A DNA stretch of 64,000 nt, taken from contig NC_042999.1 of NCBI RefSeq assembly GCF_006345805.1, forward strand, positions 19,282,001 to 19,346,000, in the 5' to 3' direction. A model generated the notes under the pieces. The model worked only from the letters and a program-made list of their open reading frames with translations, was not told the origin of the DNA and ran no database searches. The translations under genes were made by a program, and so were the position numbers. Of this stretch, positions 36,855-48,671 are shown one piece after another (position 1 is the first letter of the stretch; each line of letters begins with the position of its first letter). The DNA comes from Octopus sinensis (lineage: Eukaryota).

Positions 36855-37250
36855 CACAGTTGTAGATGTAGCTGTGTGGTAAGAATTTTATTTCCCAACC
36901 ACATGATTCCGGGTTCAGTTCGTCTCAGTGTCACCTTGGACAAGTGTCTTCTATTACAACCGAGGACTGGCCAAAGGCTTAGGCGTGGATTTGGTAGACA
37001 AAAACTAAAGGAAGTCTGTCGTTTGTGCGTGTGTGTGTGTGTATTTGTCCTACCACTGCCGCTTGTCAATTGGTGTTGGTGTGTTTATGTCCACATAACA
37101 TTGCGGTTCAGAAAACGTGACTGACAGGTGAAGTACCAAACTTTAAAAAAACAATAACTGGAGTCGATTCATTCGACTAGAAAATCTTTAGGGCGGTGCC
37201 TCAGTATGGCCTCATTCTAATTACTGAATTAAAAGGTAAAAGATAAAAGC
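36855..37250 (+). mobile_element. SINE family A (older)
   Basis: Diverged full copy. Confidence 0.8.
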
Positions 37251-37284
37251 ATACATAAAAAAGAAGGAGACAGACAGGTAAGTA

Positions 37285-37318
37285 GGTAGATAGATAGATA
37301 GATAGGTAAGTAGGTAGG

Positions 37319-37388
<70 letters not shown>

Positions 37389-37597
37389 TGTTTCTTTATT
37401 AACCACACAGGGCTGCACACAGACGGGACGGATTACAAAGTAGAGCTTTTCTTTTGGGGGGAGAGAAAAAAAAAGTAGGGTAGGTTTTCGACCAAAAGGG
37501 ATCGTAAAAGGGAAAGAAGGAACAAAAATGGAAAAAAAACAAAAGCAATCAATAGGGATCGTGTATCACAGTGTCATGATGTAAAATGTAATGGGTA

Positions 37598-37662
<65 letters not shown>
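37285..37662. repeat. (GATA)n tracts flanking a retroelement 3' end
   Basis: Seen directly at 37285-37387 and 37598-37660. Confidence 0.95.
37390..37597 (-). mobile_element. 3' end of a probable Tx1-like LINE inserted in (GATA)n
   Basis: Minus-strand tail gtctgtgtgcagccctgtgtggttaataaagaaac runs directly into (TATC)n. Confidence 0.6.
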
Positions 37663-37806
37663 GAGCTATCAGTACCGGCTCCATATAAACAACGTTGCAT
37701 CTCGGCAAAATGTGCTACGCTGCAGAAGTCTAATAAACCCATTCAATATCTCAACAGACACTAAATCTAGCAATGAATGAATACAGACACTTATCCAATT
37801 GCTTAC

Positions 37807-38050
37807 CTGTATTGAAGTGCTGCCACTAGACATTTCTGAAGTTCTCACCTTTGACCTCCTGAGATTAATTTTCCTCAGAAGTAGCGATAGTTTCTCACAA
37901 TACTACCATAATTTCAACTAATTAAAAAATATTTAAGTGCCGTCTTCTTACGTATTCTAGGCTTTTCTTCTCGAAATGACTTCTGCCACAGGCTCCGGCT
38001 GACCAACAATTTTCGAGTTCCATTTCACAAACCGAATCTGAAGAAGGCAC
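37807..38050 (-). other. Candidate host exon pair (38050-37952 and 37858-37807)
   Basis: acag|G..AC|gtaaga, 93-nt intron, ctcag|G..CAG|gtaagc; first exon open as VPSSDSVCEMELENCWSAGACGRSHFEKKSLEY. Confidence 0.35.
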
Positions 38051-38059
38051 CTGTGTATA

Positions 38060-38397
38060 TTATGCGTGTATGAGAAAGCCTATGTGTGCATGTGTGTATA
38101 TGTGTATATTTTTATATAAATATACATATATATACATACATATATATATGCATATACATATATATATATGTATGTATATATGCATATATATACATACATA
38201 TATATATATGCATATACATATATATATATGTATATATGTATATGTATATATGCTTATACACATATATATATATATGTATATATATATATGTATATATACA
38301 TATATATATGTATATATACATATATGTATGTATATATGCATATACATATATACACACATATATATGTATATGCATATATATATGTATATATACATAC
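38060..38397. repeat. (AT/ATAC)n microsatellite at the LINE 5' flank
   Basis: Seen directly. Confidence 0.95.
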
Positions 38398-39468
38398 AAA
38401 ATAAATTAAAACAAATCGAAGTTGCTTTTAAATTAATAAATAAACACTTCGATAAACTGAGATGTGTTTTCTCTTCGAACGCACCACCGGCGCAACAACA
38501 ACAACAACAACAACAACCTCAACAACAACAAACTCAGCGGCAACAACAACAACAGCTACAGCAACAACAACAACTCCAGCAGCAACAACCTCAGCGACAA
38601 CAACAACAAACTAAGCGGCAACAACAACAACAGGTTGAACCACTCCTTGATTCATCTACAATGGCCGATTTGCTAAGCGAAACGATTGACCCCCCCAGTC
38701 ATCAGGGTCACACAGCAGGAAGCACCACCCCTTCCTTTCACCGCCCCAGCAGCTCAATCATCATCATTGTCAACACCATCTCCTCTGCTTACTACTACTA
38801 GTACTACACCCACTATGTATCGACAAACATATTTGTCTTGGAATCGACCTCCTCAATCATTACCACTGTCAACATCTTTTCTACCTACTACTACTACTAC
38901 TACTACAACTACTACTACTAATGCTATCTCAAGGAATTTACCTCCTACAGGTCACAAAGGTCGCCAAAACTTCAACAAACTATCGTCTACACCTTTCACA
39001 GCTCACACACACACACGCACCTACACACCCACTCGAAACCCCATCATTTGCCGATATTCTCTTCGCCATAGACTGTGCACTGATAGAGACTGCAAATTCA
39101 CCCATTTACCTGGAACAAAACGCTCTATCCCCACAAACTACAACAGCAACCACCATAATACAACATCACCACAACCACCAATATCTCAAACAAGGAATCC
39201 CCAAATCTGCCGCTATTCCCAGCGAGACAGATTGTGTTTGCACAGGGATTGCCCCTTTACCCATCTCCCGGGGACTCGTCGGACATTTAAAGATAACCAC
39301 TCACATAAAAATAGCCGCGGCCACAGTCACCTGCGGTTCCCTAGACAGGAAACCACCTCTTCGTCCTCTTTTTTAGCTATAATGAATCTAGCAAAAGAAC
39401 TGGAAAAAAACATCCGAGCTATCACCCACCACCATCCACCACTATTACCCCACTGCACATACCATTAA
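38398..39468 (+). pseudogene. LINE ORF1 (polyQ, polyT, two CCCH zinc fingers), one frameshift
   Basis: ICRYSLRHRLCTDRDCKFTH and ICRYSQRDRLCLHRDCPFTH (C-x8-C-x4-C-x3-H); probable frameshift in the C7 run at about 38690-38696. Confidence 0.8.
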
Positions 39469-42400
39469 AAAGCAATCAAATAAACAAATCACCAAAACAA
39501 TTAAAACCATCTACTCTCGCCTCAACATTTCTGCTTAATGGCCAAGGCATCAGCCCTTCCACCAATACACAAAAATGGAAGATAAGATTCCTGGAGGACT
39601 GGATCGAGGCCCATCCAAACCACATCCCTTTCTTCGTCCTCACTGAAACCCATCTTAGTGACCTCCACTTGGAAGCCGAGGAGAAAGTCAAAAATTTCAA
39701 AACCATTCGTGCTGATCGTGCTGGCAGAAGAAAGGATGGGACTGCCATTTATGTCCATGATTCATTCTCAACAGAAGCCATGAACATATTTTCCAATGGA
39801 TACTGCGAAGCAGTCGCTGTATTCAGTCAAACCAACAACTTAACAGTAGTTCGGCTCTACAGACCACCCCAAACGCCCCTACCATGCTTCAAGGAATGCC
39901 TCAACAGCATAAAGTGTTTCATTCGGCAGTGTCAACCTGACAACATTTTAATGATGGGAGACTTCAACCTTCCCGGGGTTGACTGGTCTACAAACAGTCT
40001 GCCGCCAGGTTCTTCTCTCTCAACCCCTGACAGGGAGGCAGTGGAATCGCTTCTTGACTTCATGGATGATTTCTTCCTGTCCCAACTGGTACTCGAACCA
40101 ACGAGATGTCATAAAAACGTCTTAGACTTAATTTTCAGCAATCACACTGATACTATCCACAATATTGCAGTGGAGAAAACCCTACTCTCCGACCATGACA
40201 TGGTTCTCTGTGATCTGAGATTTCACTGGCCAAAATGCAAAACAAATGTCATCTCTCCTGTGCATCCATTTGACACTATGGATTTCCACAATGCAAACTG
40301 GGAAGCGATCAATAATGATCTTGCACAAGTCGATTGGTCCTTCACGCACACATACACACCCACTAACACCAAAAAGTCCTGGCAGTCACTTGTAGACACC
40401 ATCACGAACATATGTGCAAGACACACCCCATTAAGATCTGCAAACAAATCTAAGTGTCGAATCCCTAGAAATAGAAAATCTCTCATAAGGAAAATTAAAA
40501 GAATCAACAAAAAGATCAACATGCTGAAATACTGTCAACAGCAACACACCAACCTGACTGCCATCTCGTCGCTAGAGATTAAAAAACATAAACTCCAAAA
40601 CAACATGATGTCTATCATCAATAGTCAGCGAAGAGCTGAAGAGGCCTGGGCCATTGAGAAGATCAAACTCAATCCCAAAGTGTTCTTTTCATTTGCAAAA
40701 AAACACAGAGTCACTGGTTCTACTGTTGGCCCTCTGATTGATGAAAATGGTACTCTTCAAGACAATGCCAAAACCATGGGAGAGATATTGCAGAAACAAT
40801 ATTGCTCTGTTTTCAGCAATCCTGATATGACTGATCTGGGCTGTATCAGTGATGTTACTCCCCAATACACTTTATCGGACATAACATTTGGCGCTCCTGA
40901 TGTCTTAGCAGCAATAAAGGAATTGAAGCATAATTCAGCAGTAGGTCCCGATAGGTTCCCTGCTTGTGTCTTGAAGATGTGTCAAAACCAACTTGCACCC
41001 CCTCTAGCCAATCTGTGGCGGAACTCACTGGATGCTGGATATATACCAGAAGACCTTCTATCCCAGTCTGTTGTCCCAGTTTTCAAAAAAGGAAACAAAT
41101 CGCTTGCCGTGAATTACCGTCCAATCTCACTCACCTCTCATATCATCAAGGTATTTGAGAGGGTGCTGAGATCGCGTATGACTCACTTCCTTGAGAGTCA
41201 TAATATGCTGAACCCCAACCAGCATGGATTCCGTAATGGGAGAGATTGCCTGACGCAGCTACTGCATCATTTTGATGACATTTTGAGAGCCTTGGGAGAG
41301 GGTTCCAACACTGATGTCATCTACCTTGATTTCAGCAAGGCCTTTGACAGGGTTGATCATAAGATCCTTCTGAGAAAGCTGTCCAATATTGGTGTCACTG
41401 GAAAGCTGCTGCAATGGATCAAGTGCTTCCTCTCTAACAGAACCCAACATGTTGTAGTCGAAGGAGTCAAATCCAGCCCAGCCAAAGTCAGCAGTGGTGT
41501 CCCACAAGGCACTGTGTTGGGCCCACTTCTCTTCATCATCTACATAAATGATATTACTGACACCATCAAACACAGTAACATCAGAACCTTCGCTGATGAT
41601 TCCAAGCTCCAGAAGGTCATCAATGGCGTGGATGACCGGATAAACCTTCAGTCAGACCTACTGGCTGTTGTCCAATGGGCGGAAAAGAATAACATGTTGC
41701 TAAATGAAGACAAATTCGAACTGATCCACTTTGGAAGGGAGGACGCTCTGAAACTCCCATACTCTCTTCCTTCTGGAGAAATTCTCATGACATCCAACAA
41801 CATCAGAGACCTGAGAGTAACAGTGGACAACAACATAAGCTGGGCTACACATATAAGCAGCAAAGTTGACATGGCCCGCAGAATGTGTTCCTGGATTCTC
41901 AGAACCTTCCAGTCGAGAGATTCCCACGCTATTATCCTTCTCTTCTCCACTTTTGCCCGACCCCACCTTGAATACTGCTGTCCACTGCGGTCTCCCTACA
42001 CAAAACAAAATATTATGAGAATTGAAGCTCCCCAAAGGTCAATCACAAAAAAGATAGATGGCATGTCAGACCTTGACTACTGGGGTAGACTAGAGAAGCT
42101 GAAATTGTATTCACTCCAACGACGCCGTGAACGCTACATTATCTGTATGATGTGGAAAATATTCCATCAGCACTGTCCGAATGATGTTGGCATCACCTTC
42201 AAAATGCATCCAAGGCTTGGACCACGTGCCATCCGTCCACAACAAAAATCTAAATCGCATCACATAACGACAATACGGCACAACTATTTCACCTCAATTG
42301 GACCCGCTCTCTTCAACATTACACCAGGACACGTCAAAAAAGAAACTGACCACACAAAATTCAAGAAGTCTTTGGACAAATTCCTTCAAACAGTACCGGA

Positions 42401-42476
42401 CAAACCACCCACACCCGGATATGTCTCCGCAAACAATAACTCTCTGCTCGAATGGGCTTTGGTGCCCAAATCCTGA
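39345..42476 (+). CDS. LINE ORF2: apurinic endonuclease plus reverse transcriptase (stop-to-stop frame)
   Basis: FLLNGQG, LTETHL, MGDFNLP, NVLDLIF, SDH (APE); YRPISLTS, DFSKAFD, GVPQGTVLGP, FADD (RT); frame open from 39345. Confidence 0.93.
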   Translation, partial: TGNHLFVLFFSYNESSKRTGKKHPSYHPPPSTTITPLHIPLKSNQINKSPKQLKPSTLASTFLLNGQGISPSTNTQKWKIRFLEDWIEAHPNHIPFFVLTETHLSDLHLEAEEKVKNFKTIRADRAGRRKDGTAIYVHDSFSTEAMNIFSNGYCEAVAVFSQTNNLTVVRLYRPPQTPLPCFKECLNSIKCFIRQCQPDNILMMGDFNLPGVDWSTNSLPPGSSLSTPDREAVESLLDFMDDFFLSQLVLEPTRCHKNVLDLIFSNHTDTIHNIAVEKTLLSDHDMVLCDLRFHWPKCKTNVISPVHPFDTMDFHNANWEAINNDLAQVDWSFTHTYTPTNTKKSWQSLVDTITNICARHTPLRSANKSKCRIPRNRKSLIRKIKRINKKINMLKYCQQQHTNLTAISSLEIKKHKLQNNMMSIINSQRRAEEAWAIEKIKLNPKVFFSFAKKHRVTGSTVGPLIDENGTLQDNAKTMGEILQKQYCSVFSNPDMTDLGCISDVTPQYTLSDITFGAPDVLAAIKELKHNSAVGPDRFPACVLKMCQNQLAPPLANLWRNSLDAGYIPEDLLSQSVVPVFKKGNKSLAVNYRPISLTSHIIKVFERVLRSRMTHFLESHNMLNPNQHGFRNGRDCLTQLLHHFDDILRALGEGSNTDVIYLDFSKAFDRVDHKILLRKLSNIGVTGKLLQWIKCFLSNRTQHVVVEGVKSSPAKVSSGVPQGTVLGPLLFIIYINDITDTIKHSNIRTFADDSKLQKVINGVDDRINLQSDLLAVVQWAEKNNMLLNEDKFELIHFGREDALKLPYSLPSGEILMTSNNIRDLRVTVDNNISWATHISSKVDMARRMCSWILRTFQSRDSHAIILLFSTFARPHLEYCCPLRSPYTKQNIMRIEAPQRSITKKIDGMSDLDYWGRLEKLKLYSLQRRRERYIICMMWKIFHQHCPNDVGITFKMHPRLGPRAIRPQQKSKSHHITTIRHNYFTSIGPALFNITPGHVKKETDHTKFKKSLDKFLQTVPDKPPTPGYVSANNNSLLEWALVPKS

Positions 42477-42572
42477 ACTGAAAGACTTCGCCAGGTGGTG
42501 CTATTAAGTTAGACATGGCCTGGGCCAATACTGGCCCAAAACCTTTCTAAGTTATTCTAAGTTATTCTAAGT

Positions 42573-42604
<32 letters not shown>

Positions 42605-42671
42605 CATACATATATATATGCACATACATATATATATACATACGTATATATACATATATATATATATATTA

Positions 42672-42709
<38 letters not shown>

Positions 42710-42728
42710 ATATGTATATATGCATATA

Positions 42729-42773
<45 letters not shown>

Positions 42774-44351
42774 GCATATGCATAGATATATAAATATATA
42801 TGTATGTATTTGAGTGTGTGTGTATATGTATTTGTGTGTGTCTATGTGTTTGTGTATATATAAATATACACAATATTATACATTTTCTTACAGACACGTT
42901 TCTCGTCTACAAGTAATAGAAGTAATGTAGAAAGACATTAAATCATAATAAATCTGTTTCTGAGGGGAAAATCTCCGTTTATTGATTATCTCTATTTCCT
43001 CAAACTTAAATGTCTGCAGAGTTAAAGTTCAGGGTCACAGACTTGCAATGTCATGAGTTTTCAAATTTGCAACAGCTATTCTATACTTCCTCTAGGCATC
43101 CTACAATGACTATGTTTTCTACAGACAAACAAAACTGAAAATAGATGCAGCAGTTCACAACTTCTCCAGCTTTATGCTTTAGTGGTTTGTGTGACAAAAT
43201 GCATCCAAGTGTAAAAATACTTGCTCCAGAAACTGAATATGCAAATATCTCGATGTTGTTCATCAGCTTCGTTCCATCTTTTTTTTTTTATCAAGAAATA
43301 TTTATTTCTCGCGTAGACATACGCATAGGTAACAGTGCCAAGTGGTTAAGCCATCGTGTAAAGGTCATAAGCTTGCGAGGATAACCGATTGAATTATTAC
43401 TTTATGGATCGTGGGTTTATTTTTGTTGCTTAGACCCCGGTCATTCGTGATAGAACGGACATCAGGGATATCATGACGTCTCGGTAGTGAGCGACCCGTC
43501 AGTTATTTTTGAAATTTATTTATTGATTATCGGAAATATTTCATCCAAATATACCCCATCTGTTTATATTTTAAGACTTTAAGGACACAAATTTATTTAA
43601 AGTAAATGTGACTTCTGACTTAAAGAGAGCGTTGCCGGTTCAAGTGACGCTGTCGACATTATGTTTGGTTTCGTTTTAGAGGTAGGGTGCTTTCTTTTTC
43701 AGTAATTCCAAATTCTCATTGGTCCTAAAGGATACTCATATAAATTTTGCTTTACATGTATTCTTATTACTTATTCATTAATTAACAATTCACTCATATA
43801 ATGCTTATCTTAAACATCTTCATTATTACCAGTTCACTTCACATTTATTTCGAATAACTAAAACTTATATTTTATATACGCCTCCGTACGGTGTCACAAC
43901 CTTTCATTGCTTCTAATCCTTTTTACTCACTAGTATCTCTGCTATCATGTACAAGTATATCTATGTTTCATTTCGATTCATACTTTCTCGTAGTTAACTA
44001 ACAACGTAAAATTTAATATTTCTGAAATATTCCATGCACTTCATAATTCAACTTATCTAAAAAAAAAAGATATCTGTTTTTGTGTATTGAGTTGTCAGCT
44101 AAATTCTTCCTTGTTTCAAAAGATGTAAGATTTAATTAAATTTCTAAAAATGATAACCAGAAAGTTTAGATCAAATGGAGTTACAAATCACCATAACGAG
44201 AGAAATAGATGTCGTCTGGATTCAAATAACAGACAATACAATGAAAATAAGTGGAAAAACAAAAACGAACTCGTTTATTTGACAACCTGATGCCATCCGC
44301 ACTTTCTCTCCCTTCACAACACTCGAATTTCAGCATGGAAATCCTCTTGGT

Positions 44352-44572
44352 TTAACCCTTTAGTGTTCAGATTACTCTGTTAAATGTAATACTTTTCCAC
44401 TCAAATTGTTTTGAATTAATCATGCATTAGCTTTGAGGTTTCAATGATGTGATTGTTTATACTTAGAATGACATTGTCGGGTAGGTGTGAGAGGCTAGAT
44501 ATTGCCAGTTTGAATATAAAACATGTAGAATATCTGGGCCAGATATGGCCGGTTTAAACACTAAAGGGTTAA
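44352..44572. mobile_element. piggyBac-like MITE
   Basis: TTAA-CCCTTTAGTGTT .. AACACTAAAGGG-TTAA. Confidence 0.85.
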
Positions 44573-44914
44573 AGCCTCTTTCCCCACATGGTCATTTTAT
44601 AAATTATATTGCTTAAAAGGACACTTCACAAATTAACCTTTCTCTTTGAAAACAGAAAATAGCTCAGCCATTGCCAATTGTTTAAATGCAGTGCTGAAGT
44701 GAAGCCTACGCTGAGGTATTAGGTGTAAATGCGGCCGTAACAGCTCCTACACACACAAATATTGTTAAATGCATCCTAAAAAGCGAAAAGGTCACGGCAG
44801 ATTCGTTTTGGTTCACTCCTAAACACACTGCTTCTGTACACCGCCGCTTCTTACGCTACTAACATGTCCTTTCCTACTACGCTCACTAGCTTCACACTCT
44901 TATGTACCAAAACA

Positions 44915-45140
44915 TTAACACTTTAGCATTTAAACCATCCATATCCAACCAAAATATTCTACCTGTTTTATGTTCAAACCAGTAAGGTTTGGTTTCTCAC
45001 AACTACCCTACAATGCCAATCTAAAACATAAACAATCACACCATCAAAAACTCAGTTATGAGATGATGCATGATTAATACAAAGCATTTGAATAACTAAG
45101 CATCATTTTTGACAGAATTATCGGAATGCTGACGGGTTAA
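44915..45140. mobile_element. piggyBac-like MITE, opposite orientation
   Basis: ttaacactttagcatt .. aatgctgacgggttaa; internal similarity to the reverse complement of 44352-44572. Confidence 0.7.
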
Positions 45141-45210
45141 TGTACGTCATTCTATGATTCCACACAAAACATATTATCTAATCCTTCCTTCACAGAACTG
45201 CAACCGTCTA

Positions 45211-45630
45211 AGGCGGCGTGCTGGCAGAAACGTTAGCACGCCGGGCGAAATGCGTAGCCGTATTTCGTCTGCCGTTATGTTCTGAGTTCAAATTCCGCCG
45301 ACATCGACTTTGCTTGTCATCCTTTCGGGGTCGATAAATTAAGTACCAGTTACGCACTGGTGTCGATATAATCGACTTAATCCGTTTGTCTGTCCTTGTT
45401 TGTCCTCTCTGTGTTTAGCCCATTGTGGGTAGTAAAGAAATAGGTATTTCGTCTGCTGCTGCGTTCTGAGTTCAAATTCCGCCGAGGTCGACTTTGCCTT
45501 TCATCCTTTCGGGGTTGATAAATTACGTACCAGTTACGCACTGGGGTCGATATAATCTACTTAATCCGTTTGTCTATCCTTGCTTGTCCTCTCTGTGTTT
45601 AGCCCCATGTGGGTAGTAAAGAAATAGATA
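45211..45630 (+). mobile_element. SINE B1 dimer
   Basis: Full copy plus a copy starting at gtatttcgtc. Confidence 0.92.
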
Positions 45631-46149
45631 TTGGGTTCTACCATCTGTATTCATACTTCCTCGTTAAAAAAGAATTTATCTATATTCGACTGACTTTGAA
45701 AAACAGGGTAAAAACTTGACCTTAAACTAAGTTTTGAACCGATTTAGAAAATCAAAATGTCAGAGATTTATATTTATTTTCATTCTGACAGATTACAGTT
45801 TTTTGGCTGAACTTGTAATATATATAAGAAGCTTTAAAAATATATCTCGTGCTTCACGACTAAAATATTTTGTCAGAAAAAATTACTTCTTAATTAGACA
45901 TAAAGTCGATGAATTATAGCGAAAGATATATAATAATGTGTGATGCTTATTTGGTTATTAAAAGTATTAATGTTATATTTGGAGTTAACTGAAAAAAAAG
46001 CTGAACATTTCGCATTCAACATAATCCAATGTGTCGGCTTATTTTGACCTTTTGTTGTTTCGTGTAAGCTGTCACCGACCCGAGATGGCGATTTTTAATG
46101 CGTAATTAAGAAAATCATTTTAAGAAAAATATTTTATTATCATCATAAT

Positions 46150-46552
46150 AAGCGCGTGTGGTTTGTGGTTAAGATTAAGTAGTTAGATTTGCAGCCATGC
46201 TTTTTGGGGTTCAGTCTCACTCCACGGCACTTTGTGAAAGTAATTTCTGCTAAAACCCCGGGGTTTTGAGTGATTTTGATAGGAGGAAATTGTGTGGAAG
46301 CCGATGGTATATATTTATATGTATAGATAGAGTGATTAATATTTGTGTGTCTGTATTCAACCCACAACCGAATGACAACCGGTGTTGGTTTGTCCACATC
46401 CCCGTAAGTTAGCATTTTGGCAAAAAAGAATCCAATAGAATATTATCAAATTAAATCAAGTACTTCAGTTGATTTGTTCGATTAAAACCCTTAAAAGTAG
46501 TACTCCAGCATGACCGTAATCCAATGGCTGACACAAGTAAAAGATAAAAGAT
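46150..46552 (+). mobile_element. SINE family A (old)
   Basis: Diverged head and tail. Confidence 0.7.
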
Positions 46553-46699
46553 CTATATATTTCATTTTGGTGGATAACAGAACAAGATAGAGGGCGTCAC
46601 TAAATGCTTTTCAATACTCAGTTATGATGTCATATTATTAAATATTAATGAAATCAAATAGCCCGTTTCTTTCTCTGTGGTTTATAAAATAATTGGTCT

Positions 46700-46900
46700 C
46701 AAATTTTGATACAAGGCCACAAAATTTGGGGAGGATACATCGACCGCAGTACTCAGCTGGTACTTATTCTATCGATACCGAAAGGATGAAGTGCAAAGTT
46801 GATCTCGGTGGAATTTGAACTCAGAACGTGAAGATTGACAAAAGGTAATATACTGTTAAGTATTTTGCTCGACGTGCTAACAATTCTGCCAGCTCGCCAC
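46700..46900 (-). mobile_element. SINE B (B3-like), diverged
   Basis: Reverse core and head. Confidence 0.7.
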
Positions 46901-46936
46901 TCTGGTCAATAAAATAATTAAAAGCTAAACATTAAA

Positions 46937-47184
46937 TTAAAGTGACAGTCCCATGAAGGGAATCATACTACTGCTATTTAGCCCTAGGAAGCAGCAACGC
47001 TTCCTGTCGGTCTTGACACAATTCCTGTGTCATTATGTTTGCAAGGAGGAGATACGCACCCCTTTACAAATATAAGGACCCCCTTGCAAACGTAAGGAAA
47101 TGTGTCAAGGCCGACAAGAAGTGTTTCTGCTTCCTAGGGCTAAATAGCAGTAGTATGATTCCCTTCATGGGACTGTCACATTAA
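46937..47184. mobile_element. Fold-back MITE with TTAA flanks (Kolobok-like, tentative)
   Basis: 53-bp perfect outer inverted repeat gtgacagtcc..ggaagcag, imperfect pairing continuing nearly to the centre. Confidence 0.75.
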
Positions 47185-47254
47185 GTTGAGAGTATACAAC
47201 TACTTTATCGTACCACTACTGCATAAATCTCTCTGAGAGAGTTAGAAATGTATT

Positions 47255-47662
47255 CTTTTTTACTATTTTACTTGTTTCAGTCAATTGACTGTGGCCATGC
47301 TGGAGCACCGCCTTTAGTCGAGCAAATCGACCCCAGGACTTATTCTCTGTAAGCCTAGTACTTATTCTATCGGTCTCTTTTACCGAATTGCTAAGTTACG
47401 GGGGACGTAAACACACCAGCATCGGTTGTCAAGCGATGTTGGGGGACAAATACAGACACACAAACACACACACACATACATTTATTTATATATATATATA
47501 TACATATATACGACGGGCTTCTTTTAGTTTCCATCTACCAAATCCACTCAAAAAACTTTGGTCAGCCCGAGGCTATAGTAGAAGACACTTGCCCAAGGTG
47601 CCACGCAGTGGGACTGAACCCGGAACCATGTGGTTGGTATGCAAGCTACTTACCACACAGCC
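47255..47662 (-). mobile_element. SINE family A
   Basis: Full reverse copy. Confidence 0.9.
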
Positions 47663-48409
47663 AAAAATTATGATGGATTTGTGCTAGTAAAAGAAGTGAT
47701 TATGTGTGAAATTCGGATAAATATTTTAAGTCTGGAAAAATAAACATTTTTGCATCCCACCTTCTTTGCGCCGACCCTGAAAATATCCACTCGTAATTAG
47801 AATAACGACAAAGGAGAGTTAATACTTGATAACAATGAGGATAATAGGATATTAGGAGATGAAAAACAAAGTGTAACAAAACAAATTAATCTGAAAGAAA
47901 ATAATTGAATAACTGTCATATTTTTGTGATGCAAACTCAACTCTGACAAAACTAATGACATCCCCAGCTTGACAGTTTCTGCTTCTAAAATTCTGCTGAA
48001 ATATATTTTATTATTCTATGGTGTTAATTTCATCGTATTATGTTGGGGCTATATAATCAACACTGCAAACAGTTAGCGTAAACTATTCAAAGCTATCCAA
48101 AGAAAATTGTATCGAAACTTAATTGAAAATATTTAAAAGGAATTTTATAAAATATGTAATAAGAACAGTTGAAAAATAAAAATAAAAAACACGGTGCCAG
48201 TGTTTGGATTTCAATGATTATCACAGTTGTCTTTTATTCAAAGAAATATCTATTCCTGACAGAATATTTTGCATGGTATATTAGCAAAGTGTCTCCGGCC
48301 GAGAGGATATTTTCCTTCGAGCGGGGTGTATTTCGAGGAAAATATCGTACATTATATGACTCTAATTTTTTTTTGAATTAATAAATTGTGAAATTCTAAA
48401 CAGATATAC

Positions 48410-48631
48410 TCTCTTTACTCTTTACTCTTTTACTTGTTTCAGTCATTTGACAGCAGCCATGCTGGAGCACCGCCTTTAGTCGTGCAAATCGACCCCAGGA
48501 CTTATTCTTTGTAAGCCTACTACTTTTTCTATCGGTCTCTTTTGCCGAACCGCTACGTTACGGTGACGTAAACACGCCAGCATCGGTTGTGAAGCGATGC
48601 TGGGGGGACAAACACAGACACTCAAACACAT

Positions 48632-48671
<40 letters not shown>

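Larger units (their letters stand above)
38398..42572 (+). mobile_element. CR1-group LINE, 5'-truncated
   Basis: ORF1 remnant plus APE-RT ORF2; 3' hairpin gggcca/tggccc; terminal (ttctaagtta)x3; embedded in (AT)n. Confidence 0.93.
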
